From contig JBFXKG010000001.1 in assembly GCA_050174015.1 (NCBI GenBank), positions 32,001-96,000 of the forward strand: a DNA stretch of 64,000 nucleotides. Reading direction: 5' to 3'. This stretch comes from Candidatus Krumholzibacteriia bacterium. Its GTDB lineage: Bacteria; Krumholzibacteriota; Krumholzibacteriia; LZORAL124-64-63. Below are positions 50,531 through 61,498 of this stretch, one piece after another (positions within the stretch are counted from its first letter, which is position 1; each line of letters begins with the position of its first letter). Both the position numbers and the translations under genes were made by a program. Below the pieces are notes generated by a model. It was not told where the DNA came from. It did no database searches and saw only the letters and a list, made by a program, of their open reading frames with translations.

Positions 50531-51123
50531 GCTTCCGTTTCCTTCTTGAAGCGCATTCCGAGCTCCCTGACCTCGGCGTGGCGGAAGCATCCGGTGGTGT
50601 GGTCGTTCACGACCCCGACGGCCTGCAGGTAGGCGTACACGATGGTCGAACCCACGAACCTGAAGCCGCGCCGCATGAGATCCTTGCTGATCACGTCGGA
50701 AAGCGGGGTGGAGGCCGGGATCCGGGCCAGGGCGGCGTATCTGTTTTGAACCGGGACGCCGCCCACGAAGTTCCACAGGTACCGGGCGAAGGAACCATGC
50801 TCCCGCTGGACATCCAGGAAGGCCATGGCGTTGCCGATCGATGCGGCGACCTTCAGCCGGTTGCGTACGATCCCGGCGTCCTGGAGCAGGCGGGCGGTGT
50901 CCTTTTCGCCGAAGCGGGCCACTTTCTCCGGGTCGAACCCCCGGTAGGCCTTTCGGTAATTCTCCCGTTTCTTCAGGATGGTCAGCCAGTTCAGGCCGGC
51001 CTGGGCGCCCTCGAGGATCAGCATCTCGAACAGGTGACGGTCATCCCGGGAGGGGACGCCCCATTCCTCGTCGTGATAGGCGGTGTACAGGGGATGGTCG
51101 GTGCACCAGGGGCAGCGGGTCAT
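50527..51123 (-). CDS. tag: DNA-3-methyladenine glycosylase I
   Basis: RCPW..YHDEEWG, EGAQAGL.W.TILKKRE, GIVRNRLK, NDH..CF. Confidence 0.95.
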   Translation of the reverse strand: MTRCPWCTDHPLYTAYHDEEWGVPSRDDRHLFEMLILEGAQAGLNWLTILKKRENYRKAYRGFDPEKVARFGEKDTARLLQDAGIVRNRLKVAASIGNAMAFLDVQREHGSFARYLWNFVGGVPVQNRYAALARIPASTPLSDVISKDLMRRGFRFVGSTIVYAYLQAVGVVNDHTTGCFRHAEVRELGMRFKKETEA

Positions 51124-51281
51124 GGTGGAACCTCCTTCAAGACCGGCATTTTACCACGACAGGGTCCAGGAGCCAGTCGCCTGTTTCGTGAAAAACTATT
51201 TCAGAACCCAAAAAACATGCCGATACCAGTCAGGAATCCCTTCACTCATCGCCCAACCTGCAAGAGGGATGGTATCGGAAA

Positions 51282-52976
51282 ATGCAGCGGTTCCTGATGA
51301 TCGACGAGGAACGTGCCCAGAGCCGCGCCCGCATGGTGATCTGCTGGCTTTCCCTGGTCGGATTCCTGGGAATGAACTATTTCGAAAGACTCCAGGGACG
51401 GGGCATCCTTTCCTGGGGCCTGGTGACGGTGGTGGGCTACCTGGCCTTCGCCACCGCCTGGTACCTCATGGTGCGGCGGTATCCGGGGAAGGCTCCCTGG
51501 CGCCGCAACATCTCGCTGGTCGCCGACCTGACCATCATGACCGTCTGGTTCCAGATGGGCGGGGGCGAAGTCGCCACCTACTATCCCATCTTCCTGTGGG
51601 TCATCATCGGCAACGGCATCCGCTTCGGGGAGAAGTACCTGCTGCGGGGGATCGTGATCGGGGCCACCGGCTTCGGGTCGGTCCTGGTGGTCAACCCGTA
51701 CTGGCACGCCAATCTCGAGGTGGGCCTGGGCCTGCTGCTGGGCGTGCTCGTCTTGCCCATCTTCTACCAGGGCGCCCTGCGGCGACTGCGCCTGATGAAC
51801 GACCTGAAGGTCGAGCTGGCCAAGTCCCGTCTGGCCGAAAAAGCCAAGGACCGGTTCCTGGCGACGATGAGCCACGAGCTGCGAACCCCCCTGAACGGGG
51901 TGCTGGGCATGGCCGAATCCCTGCGCGCCTCGGACCTCGACCGGGACCAGCGGACCCAGCTGGACATCATGTCCAGGTCGGTGGAGGCCCTGCTGCACAC
52001 CATCAGCGACATCCTCGACTATTCCGGCCTTGCGGGCGACGAGGTGGACCTCACGACGCAGGAGTTCGACCTGCGGGCCGTGGTCAGCGACGTCGAGTGC
52101 CTGCTGCGGACCCCGGCGGAGGAGCGGGGTCTCGATCTCGAGCTGGATTACCCCGAGGGCCAGGAGCAGTTCTTCAAGGGGGATTCCGCCCGCATCCGGC
52201 AGGTGGTGTTCCACGTGACGGCCAACGCGGTGAAGTTCACGGAGAAGGGCGGGGTCAGGCTCGCGGTCCGCACCTACCGGAAGGGTGAGAGTCACCAGGT
52301 CCGGCTGACGGTCGAGGACACCGGCATCGGCATCCCCGCCGATCGCCTGGAAGCGGTCCTCAAGGGATTCCAGCAGGTGGACAACAGCACGACCCGGAAG
52401 AACGACGGGGTGGGCCTGGGCCTGGGCCTGACCAAGCGGCTGGTCGATCTGATGGGGGGCGACCTGGAGGTCAAGTCCCGGGTCGGCAAGGGGACCACGG
52501 TCACGGTGACCCTGACCCTCGAGGAGGGGAGCGTCCCCGTGCCGGTGCGCAACGAAAGCTCCGGCAGCCTGCGGTCCTTCGGCATCACCGGGCTGGTGGT
52601 CGAGGACAACAAGTTCAACCAGGCGGTGCTGGTCAGGCTCCTGAAGATGATCGGCATCGATTCGGAAGTGGCCGCCAACGGCGCCGAGGCCCTGGAAAAG
52701 CTGGAGCGGGGCGCCTTCGACATCATCTTCATGGACGTACGCATGCCGGTCATGAACGGCTACGACGCCACCCTCCGCATCCGGCAGCGCGAGGCCGGCG
52801 AGAACCACATCCCCATCATCGCGGTGACCGCCGACGTGACCCGGAACGTGGAGCAGCGGTGCCGGAACGTGGGCATGGACGCCTTCCTGGACAAGCCCGT
52901 CACGGTGAACAAGCTGGTGGCGGCCATCGAAGGGGTGGGCGCGGCCTGCAACCCGAGGGAAGGGGCGAGAGTCTGA
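51282..52976 (+). CDS. rpfC: RpfC-like hybrid sensor histidine kinase (TM-HisKA-HATPase-REC, no HPt)
   Basis: About 5 TM helices including YYPIFLWVIIGNGIRFG; SHELRTPLNG; NAVKFT; DTGIG; MDVRMPVMNG; convergent with rpfF. Confidence 0.75.
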   Translation: MQRFLMIDEERAQSRARMVICWLSLVGFLGMNYFERLQGRGILSWGLVTVVGYLAFATAWYLMVRRYPGKAPWRRNISLVADLTIMTVWFQMGGGEVATYYPIFLWVIIGNGIRFGEKYLLRGIVIGATGFGSVLVVNPYWHANLEVGLGLLLGVLVLPIFYQGALRRLRLMNDLKVELAKSRLAEKAKDRFLATMSHELRTPLNGVLGMAESLRASDLDRDQRTQLDIMSRSVEALLHTISDILDYSGLAGDEVDLTTQEFDLRAVVSDVECLLRTPAEERGLDLELDYPEGQEQFFKGDSARIRQVVFHVTANAVKFTEKGGVRLAVRTYRKGESHQVRLTVEDTGIGIPADRLEAVLKGFQQVDNSTTRKNDGVGLGLGLTKRLVDLMGGDLEVKSRVGKGTTVTVTLTLEEGSVPVPVRNESSGSLRSFGITGLVVEDNKFNQAVLVRLLKMIGIDSEVAANGAEALEKLERGAFDIIFMDVRMPVMNGYDATLRIRQREAGENHIPIIAVTADVTRNVEQRCRNVGMDAFLDKPVTVNKLVAAIEGVGAACNPREGARV

Positions 52977-52991
52977 CCCGACCGGGGTGGG

Positions 52992-53885
52992 TCAGCCCTC
53001 CTGCGCCATCTTCCTCGCTCCGTCGGCGGCCCCGGCCTTGCGGTCCTGGGCCGCGATCAGCTTCCGGATCATCTTCAGATCCCGCCCCTGCAGCTGCAAG
53101 GCCGCCTCCACCCAGATCTCGGTGATCCGGATCAGTTCCTCGTAGGTCAGGGGATTGACGCAGCGCCGCACCTGGTTCAGCGCCAGGTGGGCGTTGTGGC
53201 GGCGCTCGTGCCGCTGCAGGTAGTCCAGGACGGTCCGCTCGCCCTGGCCGTCGTCCGCCAGGATGTCCACCAGGCCGAGATCGCGCATCTGCTCGGCGGT
53301 GAGGATCTCGCCGGTGGTGATCAGCCGGTCGGTGATGTCGGGGGTCGTGCGCCGGATGAGGAAGCTGTAGGCGCCCATGCCGGGAATGAGATTGAAGAGG
53401 ATCTCGGGCAGGCCGAAGCGGGCGCTGCGCTCGGCCACCACGATGTTGCTGCTGATGGCGGCCTCGCAGCCGCCGCCCAGGGCCTCGCCCTTGACCAGGC
53501 TGATGGTGGTCATGGGCAGGTCGAAGTGGACGGCGTTGGGATAGAGGACGTCGATGCAGGCGGTCGCGTAGTCCAGCAGGCCCCGCCGGTCGCGGGCGGT
53601 GATCAGGCGCAGGAAGAGCTCCAGATCGCCCCCCAGGTTGAACACCCCCGGGGAAAGGCTGGACAGCACGGTGTAGCGGACGGGCAGGGCGAGGTCACGG
53701 GCCTGGGCCTTCCGGTTGGCGTCGACGATGGTCCGGTGCAGGTGGCGAAGCTCCGCCAGGATGCCCAGGTTGAAGCAGGGCCGAGGCCGGGGGGACAGGG
53801 CGTACCAGAGCGCCCGGAAGCGCCGGTCATACCGCACCATGACCTGCCGGTAGTCGTTGCGGATGGAGATGAAGCGGTCATCCAT
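52992..53885 (-). CDS. rpfF: RpfF-like DSF synthase (crotonase superfamily)
   Basis: PRPRPCFN, VFNLGGDLELF, ALGGGCEAA, GLPEILFNLIPGMGAYSFL, WVEAALQL..KLIAAQ; start at ATG 53885. Confidence 0.85.
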   Translation of the reverse strand: MDDRFISIRNDYRQVMVRYDRRFRALWYALSPRPRPCFNLGILAELRHLHRTIVDANRKAQARDLALPVRYTVLSSLSPGVFNLGGDLELFLRLITARDRRGLLDYATACIDVLYPNAVHFDLPMTTISLVKGEALGGGCEAAISSNIVVAERSARFGLPEILFNLIPGMGAYSFLIRRTTPDITDRLITTGEILTAEQMRDLGLVDILADDGQGERTVLDYLQRHERRHNAHLALNQVRRCVNPLTYEELIRITEIWVEAALQLQGRDLKMIRKLIAAQDRKAGAADGARKMAQEG

Positions 53886-54154
53886 GACCACGAAATCCTC
53901 AGGCGATGGGACCATGCCGGGACCTGCTGGAGAAAGGGAAGGGCCCCGACCTCCGGTAAGGGGAAACCGATGACGTCCTATAGAGTATACCAGACCAAGA
54001 AGAGCCAGAAAAGATAATTGATCAAATGGCAAAGGAGGAGTCGGCGGGGAGCCTGCGAGCGAAACCTTTCGGGGATTGGGAAAAGGGTGATGGGAGGCTG
54101 GTCCAGGGCAGGACGGTGCCCCGGACTCTGCCCCGGGATTTGAAGAATCATGAA

Positions 54155-54183
54155 GCAGAGGGGTTCGATCCGAACCCCTCTGC
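54155..54183. terminator. Perfect 13-bp inverted repeat between sufU and rpfF
   Basis: GCAGAGGGGTTCG-atc-CGAACCCCTCTGC. Confidence 0.5.
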
Positions 54184-54566
54184 GACCTGATAAGTCAAAT
54201 GGGAGGGAATGCCGAATGCCATCCAGAGGCGGCTCGGCAGCCGGGAGCCATTAACCGAATCCTGTCGGTGAATTTACCTGCCGTTCATCCGATTGGTCTA
54301 GTTTATCGCCCGGAAGCCTGCGCAGCCGAAACCCTGCCCTGCCGAGGACGCGTCCATGTCATTGCGCCCCCGTGACCCCTCCCACGACGATACGGTCCTT
54401 CCCACGCGCCTGCTTCGTTCCTGTCTGAAGGCTAGACCGGATGAGGCCGAAACAGCGCCCATCGCCTGGCGGGGGAAATGACGATATTGAGTTACGGACT
54501 GCTGGCGATCGACGGGGAACATGGCCCATGATGATTCTTCAGACAGGGCGACAGAACGAGTGGGGG

Positions 54567-55049
54567 CTACTCGGTCCGGACCGGATCCGCCTCCCCGCTC
54601 TTCCCGTCCACGCTCTCGAGGATCACTTCCAGCGCCCGCCACGGCAGGGTGGCGCACTTGACGCGGGTGGGGAAGTCCTTCACGCCCCCGAACACCGCCA
54701 GCTTGCCCAGCCCCTCTGGGTCGGGCGTCTTCTCGCCGCTGGTCAGCATCTCCAGGAAATCGTCCAGGATGCCCCGGATCTCCTCCACCTTGCGCCCCCG
54801 GAGAACCTCGGTGAGCATGGAGGTCGACGCGGTGAAGATCGCGCAACCCTCGCCCTCGAAGCTCAGGTCCTCGATCACCCCGTCCCGCGTCTTGGCGTAG
54901 AGGGTCAGCTTGTCCCCGCACAGGGGATTGTAGCCCTCGGTGTGGCGGCACTCGGCCCCGTCGTCGCACGCGTGGATGACCCGCTTGTTGCGGGGGTGCC
55001 GTCCGTGGTCGAGGACCAGCTGCTGGTAGAGGTCGCGCAGGTCGCTCAT
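54567..55049 (-). CDS. sufU: SUF-system NifU-like protein
   Basis: DLYQQLVLDHGRHPRN, NPLCGD, GEGCAI, RVKCATLPW. Confidence 0.9.
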   Translation of the reverse strand: MSDLRDLYQQLVLDHGRHPRNKRVIHACDDGAECRHTEGYNPLCGDKLTLYAKTRDGVIEDLSFEGEGCAIFTASTSMLTEVLRGRKVEEIRGILDDFLEMLTSGEKTPDPEGLGKLAVFGGVKDFPTRVKCATLPWRALEVILESVDGKSGEADPVRTE

Positions 55050-56299
55050 GCTGCGAAGAACTCCTTCACGCGCTGCAGGCCTGCGGCCAGGGCGTCGAGG
55101 TCGCTGCGGGTGTTGTAGATGCCCAGGCTGGCGCGCGTGGTGGCCGGCACGCCGAACCGCTCCATGACCGGCTGGGCGCAATGGTGGCCGCTGCGCACCG
55201 CGATGTTGTCGGCGGCCAGGAAGGTGCCGATGTCGTGGGGATGCACCCCGTCGAGAACATAGGAGAACAGGCTGACCCGTTCCGGCGCGGTCCCGATCAG
55301 ACGCAGGCCAGTGATCGAAGCCAGGACCTGTTCTCCATGTTCCTGCAGGGCCCGCTGGTGGCTCTCGATGGCCTCCCAGCCGATGGCCTCGACGTACTCG
55401 ATGGCCGCACCGAGGCCCACGGCCCCGCCGATGTTCGGGGTGCCCGCTTCGAACTTCTGGGGCGCCGGCGCGAAGGTGGTTCCGCTGAAGCTGACCGAGC
55501 GGATCATGTCGCCGCCGCCCTGGAAGGGGGGCATGGCTTCGAGGTGCTCCAGCATGCCGTAGAGGGCGCCGATGCCCGACGGCCCGTACAGCTTGTGCCC
55601 CGAGAAGGCATAGAAGTCGCAGCCGATCTCCTGCACGTCCACCGGCAGGTGCGCCACGGCCTGGGCCCCGTCCACGAGGACGGGAACCCCCTGGGCATGG
55701 GCGAGGCGGGTCATCTCCCCGACGGGATTGACCGTGCCCAGGGCGTTGGAGACGTGGGCGAAGGCGGCGAACCTGGTGCGCGGGCCGAGCAGCCCGGCGA
55801 AGGCCTCGAGGTCGACCACGCCCCGGGCGTCGATGGGGGCGACCTTCAACTCGGCTCCGGTCTCGGCGCAGATCAGCTGCCAGGGCACGATGTTCGAATG
55901 GTGCTCGAGGTGGGTGATCAGGATCTCGTCGCCGGGGGCCAGACGGGGTTTCGCAAAGCTGCGGGCCACGAGGTTGACGGCCTCGGTGGTCCCCCTGACG
56001 AACACGATCTCGCGGTCATCGGACGCATTGAGGAACCGGCGGACGCTCGCACGCGCCCCCTCGTACCGGGCGGTCGCCGTCTCGCTCAGCTTGTACACGC
56101 CGCGGTGGATGTTGGCGTACTCGAAGGCCTCGAAATGGCGGACGGCGTCCAGTACCTGGTGCGGTTTCTGGGCGCTGGCCGCGCTGTCCAGGTAGACCAG
56201 GGGCTTGCCGTTCTCCGTCACCGCGAAGACCGGGAAATCCCCCCGCCAGGGGCTGGTCGTCCCCGGAACGGGCGCGGCGGTTTCCAGCGATTCCTTCAT
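55046..56299 (-). CDS. sufS: Cysteine desulfurase
   Basis: YLDSAASAQKP, EHHSNIVPWQ, FSGHKLYGP, RSGHHCAQP. Confidence 0.95.
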   Translation of the reverse strand: MKESLETAAPVPGTTSPWRGDFPVFAVTENGKPLVYLDSAASAQKPHQVLDAVRHFEAFEYANIHRGVYKLSETATARYEGARASVRRFLNASDDREIVFVRGTTEAVNLVARSFAKPRLAPGDEILITHLEHHSNIVPWQLICAETGAELKVAPIDARGVVDLEAFAGLLGPRTRFAAFAHVSNALGTVNPVGEMTRLAHAQGVPVLVDGAQAVAHLPVDVQEIGCDFYAFSGHKLYGPSGIGALYGMLEHLEAMPPFQGGGDMIRSVSFSGTTFAPAPQKFEAGTPNIGGAVGLGAAIEYVEAIGWEAIESHQRALQEHGEQVLASITGLRLIGTAPERVSLFSYVLDGVHPHDIGTFLAADNIAVRSGHHCAQPVMERFGVPATTRASLGIYNTRSDLDALAAGLQRVKEFFAA

Positions 56300-56327
56300 G
56301 GGTGTACCCAGTCCTCCCGGTTTCCGA

Positions 56328-57626
56328 TCACAGGCCCCGGTCCAGCTTGGCGTGGACCGCGGCGATCAGTTCGTCCCTCAGTGCGGGGACCTCCACCGGT
56401 TCGACGACCTCGCCGGCGAAGGCGTACGCCAGAAGGTTCCGCGCCGTGGCCTCGTCGAAGCCGCGGCTGCGCAGGTAGAAGACCTGGTCGTCGGACAGCT
56501 GTCCGGTGGTCGATCCGTGGCTGCACTTGACGTCGTCGGCGTAGATTTCCAGGCGGGGGATGCTGCGGCTGACGGCGTCCTCGCTCAGCAACAGGTTCCG
56601 GTTGGTCTGGAAGGCCTGCGTCTGCTGCGAATCGCGGGCCACCTTGATCATGCCGTCGAACACGCCCTGGCTCTTGCCCAGGAACAGGCCCTTGTAGAGC
56701 TCGTCGGTCGTGCAGCCGGGGGCGTCGTGAAGGACGCGGGTGCGGACGTCCGCCTTCTGGCCGCCGGCCGCCAGGGTGAGTCCCGCCAGCTCGCAGGTCG
56801 CCCCGGATCCGGCCAGGGCGAGGTGCACCTCGCGGCGCAGCAGACCTCCGCCCAGCAGGAACTCCCGCGAGCGGTAGGTGCTGCCCGATTCCTGGCGGAC
56901 GTGGGACGAGCCGTAGTGAAGGACGCCTTCGGTCTCGTCGAACCACTTCAGGTGGGTGATTCCGGCGTTCTCGCCGCAGATCACTTCGGTCACCGGTGCG
57001 ACCAGGACCTGCCCCTCAGGGCCGCCCACGTAGCGCTCGATCACGGTGGCCTTGCTGCCGGGCCCGGCGGTGATCAGGTTGCGGGGGGCGACCAGGGCGC
57101 CTTCGGCCTGACCGTCGGTCACGAAGACCAGTTCGATGGGCTGCTCGATCCGTGCGCCGGCGGCCAGCTCCAGCTTCAGGCCGTCGTGCCAGAAGGCCGT
57201 GTTCAGGGCGGTGACGGCGGCGTCCGAGATGTCGGCGACGGTCCCCAGGGCCTTCGTGTCGCCCGCCTCGGCCAACGATCCGATCGTCAATCCGGCAGGG
57301 GGAACGACCAGCGGGGAGGACAGATCCGGCTGGAAGCGCCCGTTCACGAACACCAGGCGCAGGGCGCCGATCTCCGCAGGCAGCGCGAGACCGGCCAGGG
57401 GTTTCACCAGGCCGGGTCGGGGCATGAAGGCGCCCTCTGCCAGCGGCCGGATGTCGCCGTACTTCCATTCCTCGCGGCGGGCCACGGAGAAACCGAGGCC
57501 CTGCACGCGGGTCAGCCCCTGCTCGCGAAGGGCGGCCCCGTTGATCCCCAGGCTGCGCAGGGTCCCCAGATACCCGGGAAACAGGTCGGCGTAGCGGGCG
57601 GCGGCGTTCAGGGTGGCGGTGTTCAC
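56328..57626 (-). CDS. sufD: Fe-S cluster assembly protein SufD
   Basis: EEWKY, PRLEIYADDVKCSHGST, FYLRSRG. Confidence 0.92.
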   Translation of the reverse strand: MNTATLNAAARYADLFPGYLGTLRSLGINGAALREQGLTRVQGLGFSVARREEWKYGDIRPLAEGAFMPRPGLVKPLAGLALPAEIGALRLVFVNGRFQPDLSSPLVVPPAGLTIGSLAEAGDTKALGTVADISDAAVTALNTAFWHDGLKLELAAGARIEQPIELVFVTDGQAEGALVAPRNLITAGPGSKATVIERYVGGPEGQVLVAPVTEVICGENAGITHLKWFDETEGVLHYGSSHVRQESGSTYRSREFLLGGGLLRREVHLALAGSGATCELAGLTLAAGGQKADVRTRVLHDAPGCTTDELYKGLFLGKSQGVFDGMIKVARDSQQTQAFQTNRNLLLSEDAVSRSIPRLEIYADDVKCSHGSTTGQLSDDQVFYLRSRGFDEATARNLLAYAFAGEVVEPVEVPALRDELIAAVHAKLDRGL

Positions 57627-57628
57627 GG

Positions 57629-58405
57629 TCAGGCCTCCCCGCCGGTGGGGACGGCCTCGGCGAACTCGGCGCCCAGCCAGCCGTAGCCCTTCTCTTCCAG
57701 CTCCAGGGCCAGCTCCTTGCCGCCGCTCTTGACGATGCGCCCGGCGGCCAGGACGTGGACGAAATCGGGGACGATGTATTCCAGCAGGCGCTGGTAGTGG
57801 GTGATGACCAGGAAGCTCCGATCAGGCGCGCGCAGGGAGTTCACGCCCTTGGCCACGATCTTCAGGGCGTCGATGTCCAGGCCCGAGTCGGTCTCGTCCA
57901 GGATGGCGAAGGCGGGCTCCAGCAGGGTCATCTGCAGACATTCGTTTCGCTTCTTCTCGCCGCCGGAGAAACCGGCGTTCACCGAGCGGGTCATGAGCTT
58001 GGGGTCGAGTTCCAGCAGGCCGATCTTCTGCTTGGCGAAGTCGGCGAAGTCGAAGGCGTCCAGCTCGCTCTCGCCGCGGTGCTTGCGGTGGGCGTTGAGG
58101 GCGGCCCGCAGAAACTCGGCGTTGCTGAAGCCCGGAATCTCCACGGGGTACTGGAAGGCCAGGAAGATCCCCTCGCGGGCGCGTTCCTCGACGGCCAGCT
58201 CGGCCAGGTCGGAACCCTTGTAAAGGATTTCACCCTCGGTGACCTCGAAGGTCCCGCTGCCGGCCAGCACCTGGCTCAGGGTGCTCTTGCCCGAGCCGTT
58301 GGGCCCCATGATCGCGTGCACCTCGCCCGGCTTGATCTCCAGGTCGATGCCCTTGAGGATCTCCTTGCCCTCGACGGCGGCGTGCAGGTTGCGGATGGTC
58401 AACAT
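57629..58405 (-). CDS. sufC: Fe-S cluster assembly ATPase SufC
   Basis: GPNGSGKST, FQYPVEIPG, FSGGEKKRNE, LDETDSGLDIDAL. Confidence 0.97.
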   Translation of the reverse strand: MLTIRNLHAAVEGKEILKGIDLEIKPGEVHAIMGPNGSGKSTLSQVLAGSGTFEVTEGEILYKGSDLAELAVEERAREGIFLAFQYPVEIPGFSNAEFLRAALNAHRKHRGESELDAFDFADFAKQKIGLLELDPKLMTRSVNAGFSGGEKKRNECLQMTLLEPAFAILDETDSGLDIDALKIVAKGVNSLRAPDRSFLVITHYQRLLEYIVPDFVHVLAAGRIVKSGGKELALELEEKGYGWLGAEFAEAVPTGGEA

Positions 58406-58450
58406 GTCTCTATCACTCCTTCGGCCCGTGCGTGGCCGGTCGGTTACGGG

Positions 58451-59896
<1,446 letters not shown>

Positions 59897-59927
59897 GATC
59901 TATCCTCGCTCCCTTGCCGGAAGTCGT

Positions 59928-60356
59928 TCACGACTTGCACTGCGGGGCGGCTGCCGCCGCCATCTGCGCCAGGGTCACCCCTTCGAGGGTGGCCTGGATC
60001 TGCCGGTTGATACCGCTCCACTGGTCCTGCAGGCCGCAGTCGAGCTGCAGCTGGCAGGAACAGTTCCCGCCGCTGGAGCATTCGGTCAGGGCCAGGGGCC
60101 CCTCGAGAGCGCCGACCACGTCGGCCAGGGTGATCTCCTCGGGGGACCGCGCCAGGCTGTAGCCCCCGGCGGCGCCCCGCTGGGACACCAGGAGGTCGGC
60201 CTTGCTGAGCAGCTTGAGGATCTTGCTCACCGTCGGCAGGGACAGCCCCATGGACGCGGAGAGGTCCCGGGCGGTCATCTGGGCGGGAGCGCCCTCCCCG
60301 GCGAGGCGGGTCATCAGTCCCACCCCGTAGTCCGTCAATTTCCCCAGGCGGATCAT
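59928..60356 (-). CDS. Rrf2-family SUF-operon regulator
   Basis: KLTDYG, PTVSKILK, SQRGAAGGYSLAR, TEC..C....C. Confidence 0.9.
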   Translation of the reverse strand: MIRLGKLTDYGVGLMTRLAGEGAPAQMTARDLSASMGLSLPTVSKILKLLSKADLLVSQRGAAGGYSLARSPEEITLADVVGALEGPLALTECSSGGNCSCQLQLDCGLQDQWSGINRQIQATLEGVTLAQMAAAAAPQCKS

Positions 60357-60368
60357 TCCGGTCTCCTT

Positions 60369-60395
60369 GATACAGTACCAAAATTGTACCGTATC
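60369..60395. promoter_or_regulatory. Inverted repeat, candidate Rrf2 operator
   Basis: GATACAGTAC-N7-GTACCGTATC (9/10 match) directly upstream of the regulator's RBS. Confidence 0.6.
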
Positions 60396-60700
60396 GGTAA
60401 TGTAGGTCCGGGAAATCCGTATCGCAAGAAAAAGTTTACGGAAAATGTATTCATTAAAAGAAGATATAAGTCATTTAAAAACAACACAATAAAATCAAAA
60501 TCCGGGTCCGGAAGCCGGGAACCGGCTCCAGGGGCGGTGGCGGACCGGGCAGTCGGATTGAAGGCTTCGTCCCCCTGGCAGGTCCCGGGAACTTTCTGGT
60601 ATATTGCCCCTGTTATACCTGCCCCTGATCGAAAAACCCGCCGGCCCCCCGGGCCGGCTTAATCGCCCGGGGATTCGACCCCAGGGCCTGGAGGACCATC

Positions 60701-61396
60701 ATGAACAGATTGTCGAAGACCATCCTGACCCCGGCGATCGTGGCCGTCATGCTCGCCGGGGCCTTCTCTGCAGGGGCCCAGAACCCGCCGCCGCCGTCCG
60801 GGAAGCAGAAGGGCCTGCAGAAGCCCATCTCGGGGGACGAGGTCAAGCCCGCTGAGGGGAGCCTTGGCAAGGACGTCATCCTGGTGTCCCTCAAGGGAGA
60901 CCTGATCGCCGTCAACGGGCAGCAGACGACCCTGGACGGGTTCTCCGCCGCCATGACCGCCGCAGCCGCCGGGGACCGCAAGAGCAAGAAGGTGGAGTTC
61001 GAGTGTGCGCCGGAGGTGACGGCCGACCAGCTCTACGCCGTCCAGTCGCAGCTGCAGGACCTGGGCATGAGCAAGGTCCGGTTCCGGTGGGGCGGCAAGG
61101 GCGGCCAGGTGCCCCTGGTGCTGCCGTCGGACGAGGCGCTCGCCCGCATGGCGAGCCTGCCGCCCGAGGACATCCTGGAGATCCGCCTGCACGACGACAA
61201 CACCATCACCGTCGAGGGCCACACCGCCGCGCCGGGCAAGCTGCAGTCGCGGATCGCCGAACGGCTGGCGGCCAACGACAAGATCGTGGTCTCGCTGATC
61301 CCCGACCACGATTGCCGCTACAACGCCATCGTGGGGGCCATCGACCGGCTCACCAACGCGGGCGCCCAGCGGATCGCGCTGAACGAGCCGCAATAA
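60701..61396 (+). CDS. Exported protein with two ExbD/TolR-like periplasmic domains
   Basis: Signal peptide; VILVSL..IAVNGQ and LEIRL..ITVEG..DHDCRYNAIVGAIDRLTNAGAQRIAL. Confidence 0.6.
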   Translation: MNRLSKTILTPAIVAVMLAGAFSAGAQNPPPPSGKQKGLQKPISGDEVKPAEGSLGKDVILVSLKGDLIAVNGQQTTLDGFSAAMTAAAAGDRKSKKVEFECAPEVTADQLYAVQSQLQDLGMSKVRFRWGGKGGQVPLVLPSDEALARMASLPPEDILEIRLHDDNTITVEGHTAAPGKLQSRIAERLAANDKIVVSLIPDHDCRYNAIVGAIDRLTNAGAQRIALNEPQ

Positions 61397-61408
61397 CCGT
61401 CCATCCGA

Positions 61409-61442
61409 GCGGGGAATGGTTGCCAGGGCAACCATTTCCCGC
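61409..61442. terminator. Stem-loop between convergent genes
   Basis: GCGGGGAATGGTTGCC-ag-GGCAACCATTTCCCGC. Confidence 0.55.
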
Positions 61443-61498
61443 CCAGAGGATGGATGCGGTGGGGCGCCCCCCCGGTCTCTCGACCTCCTCACCTGTAT

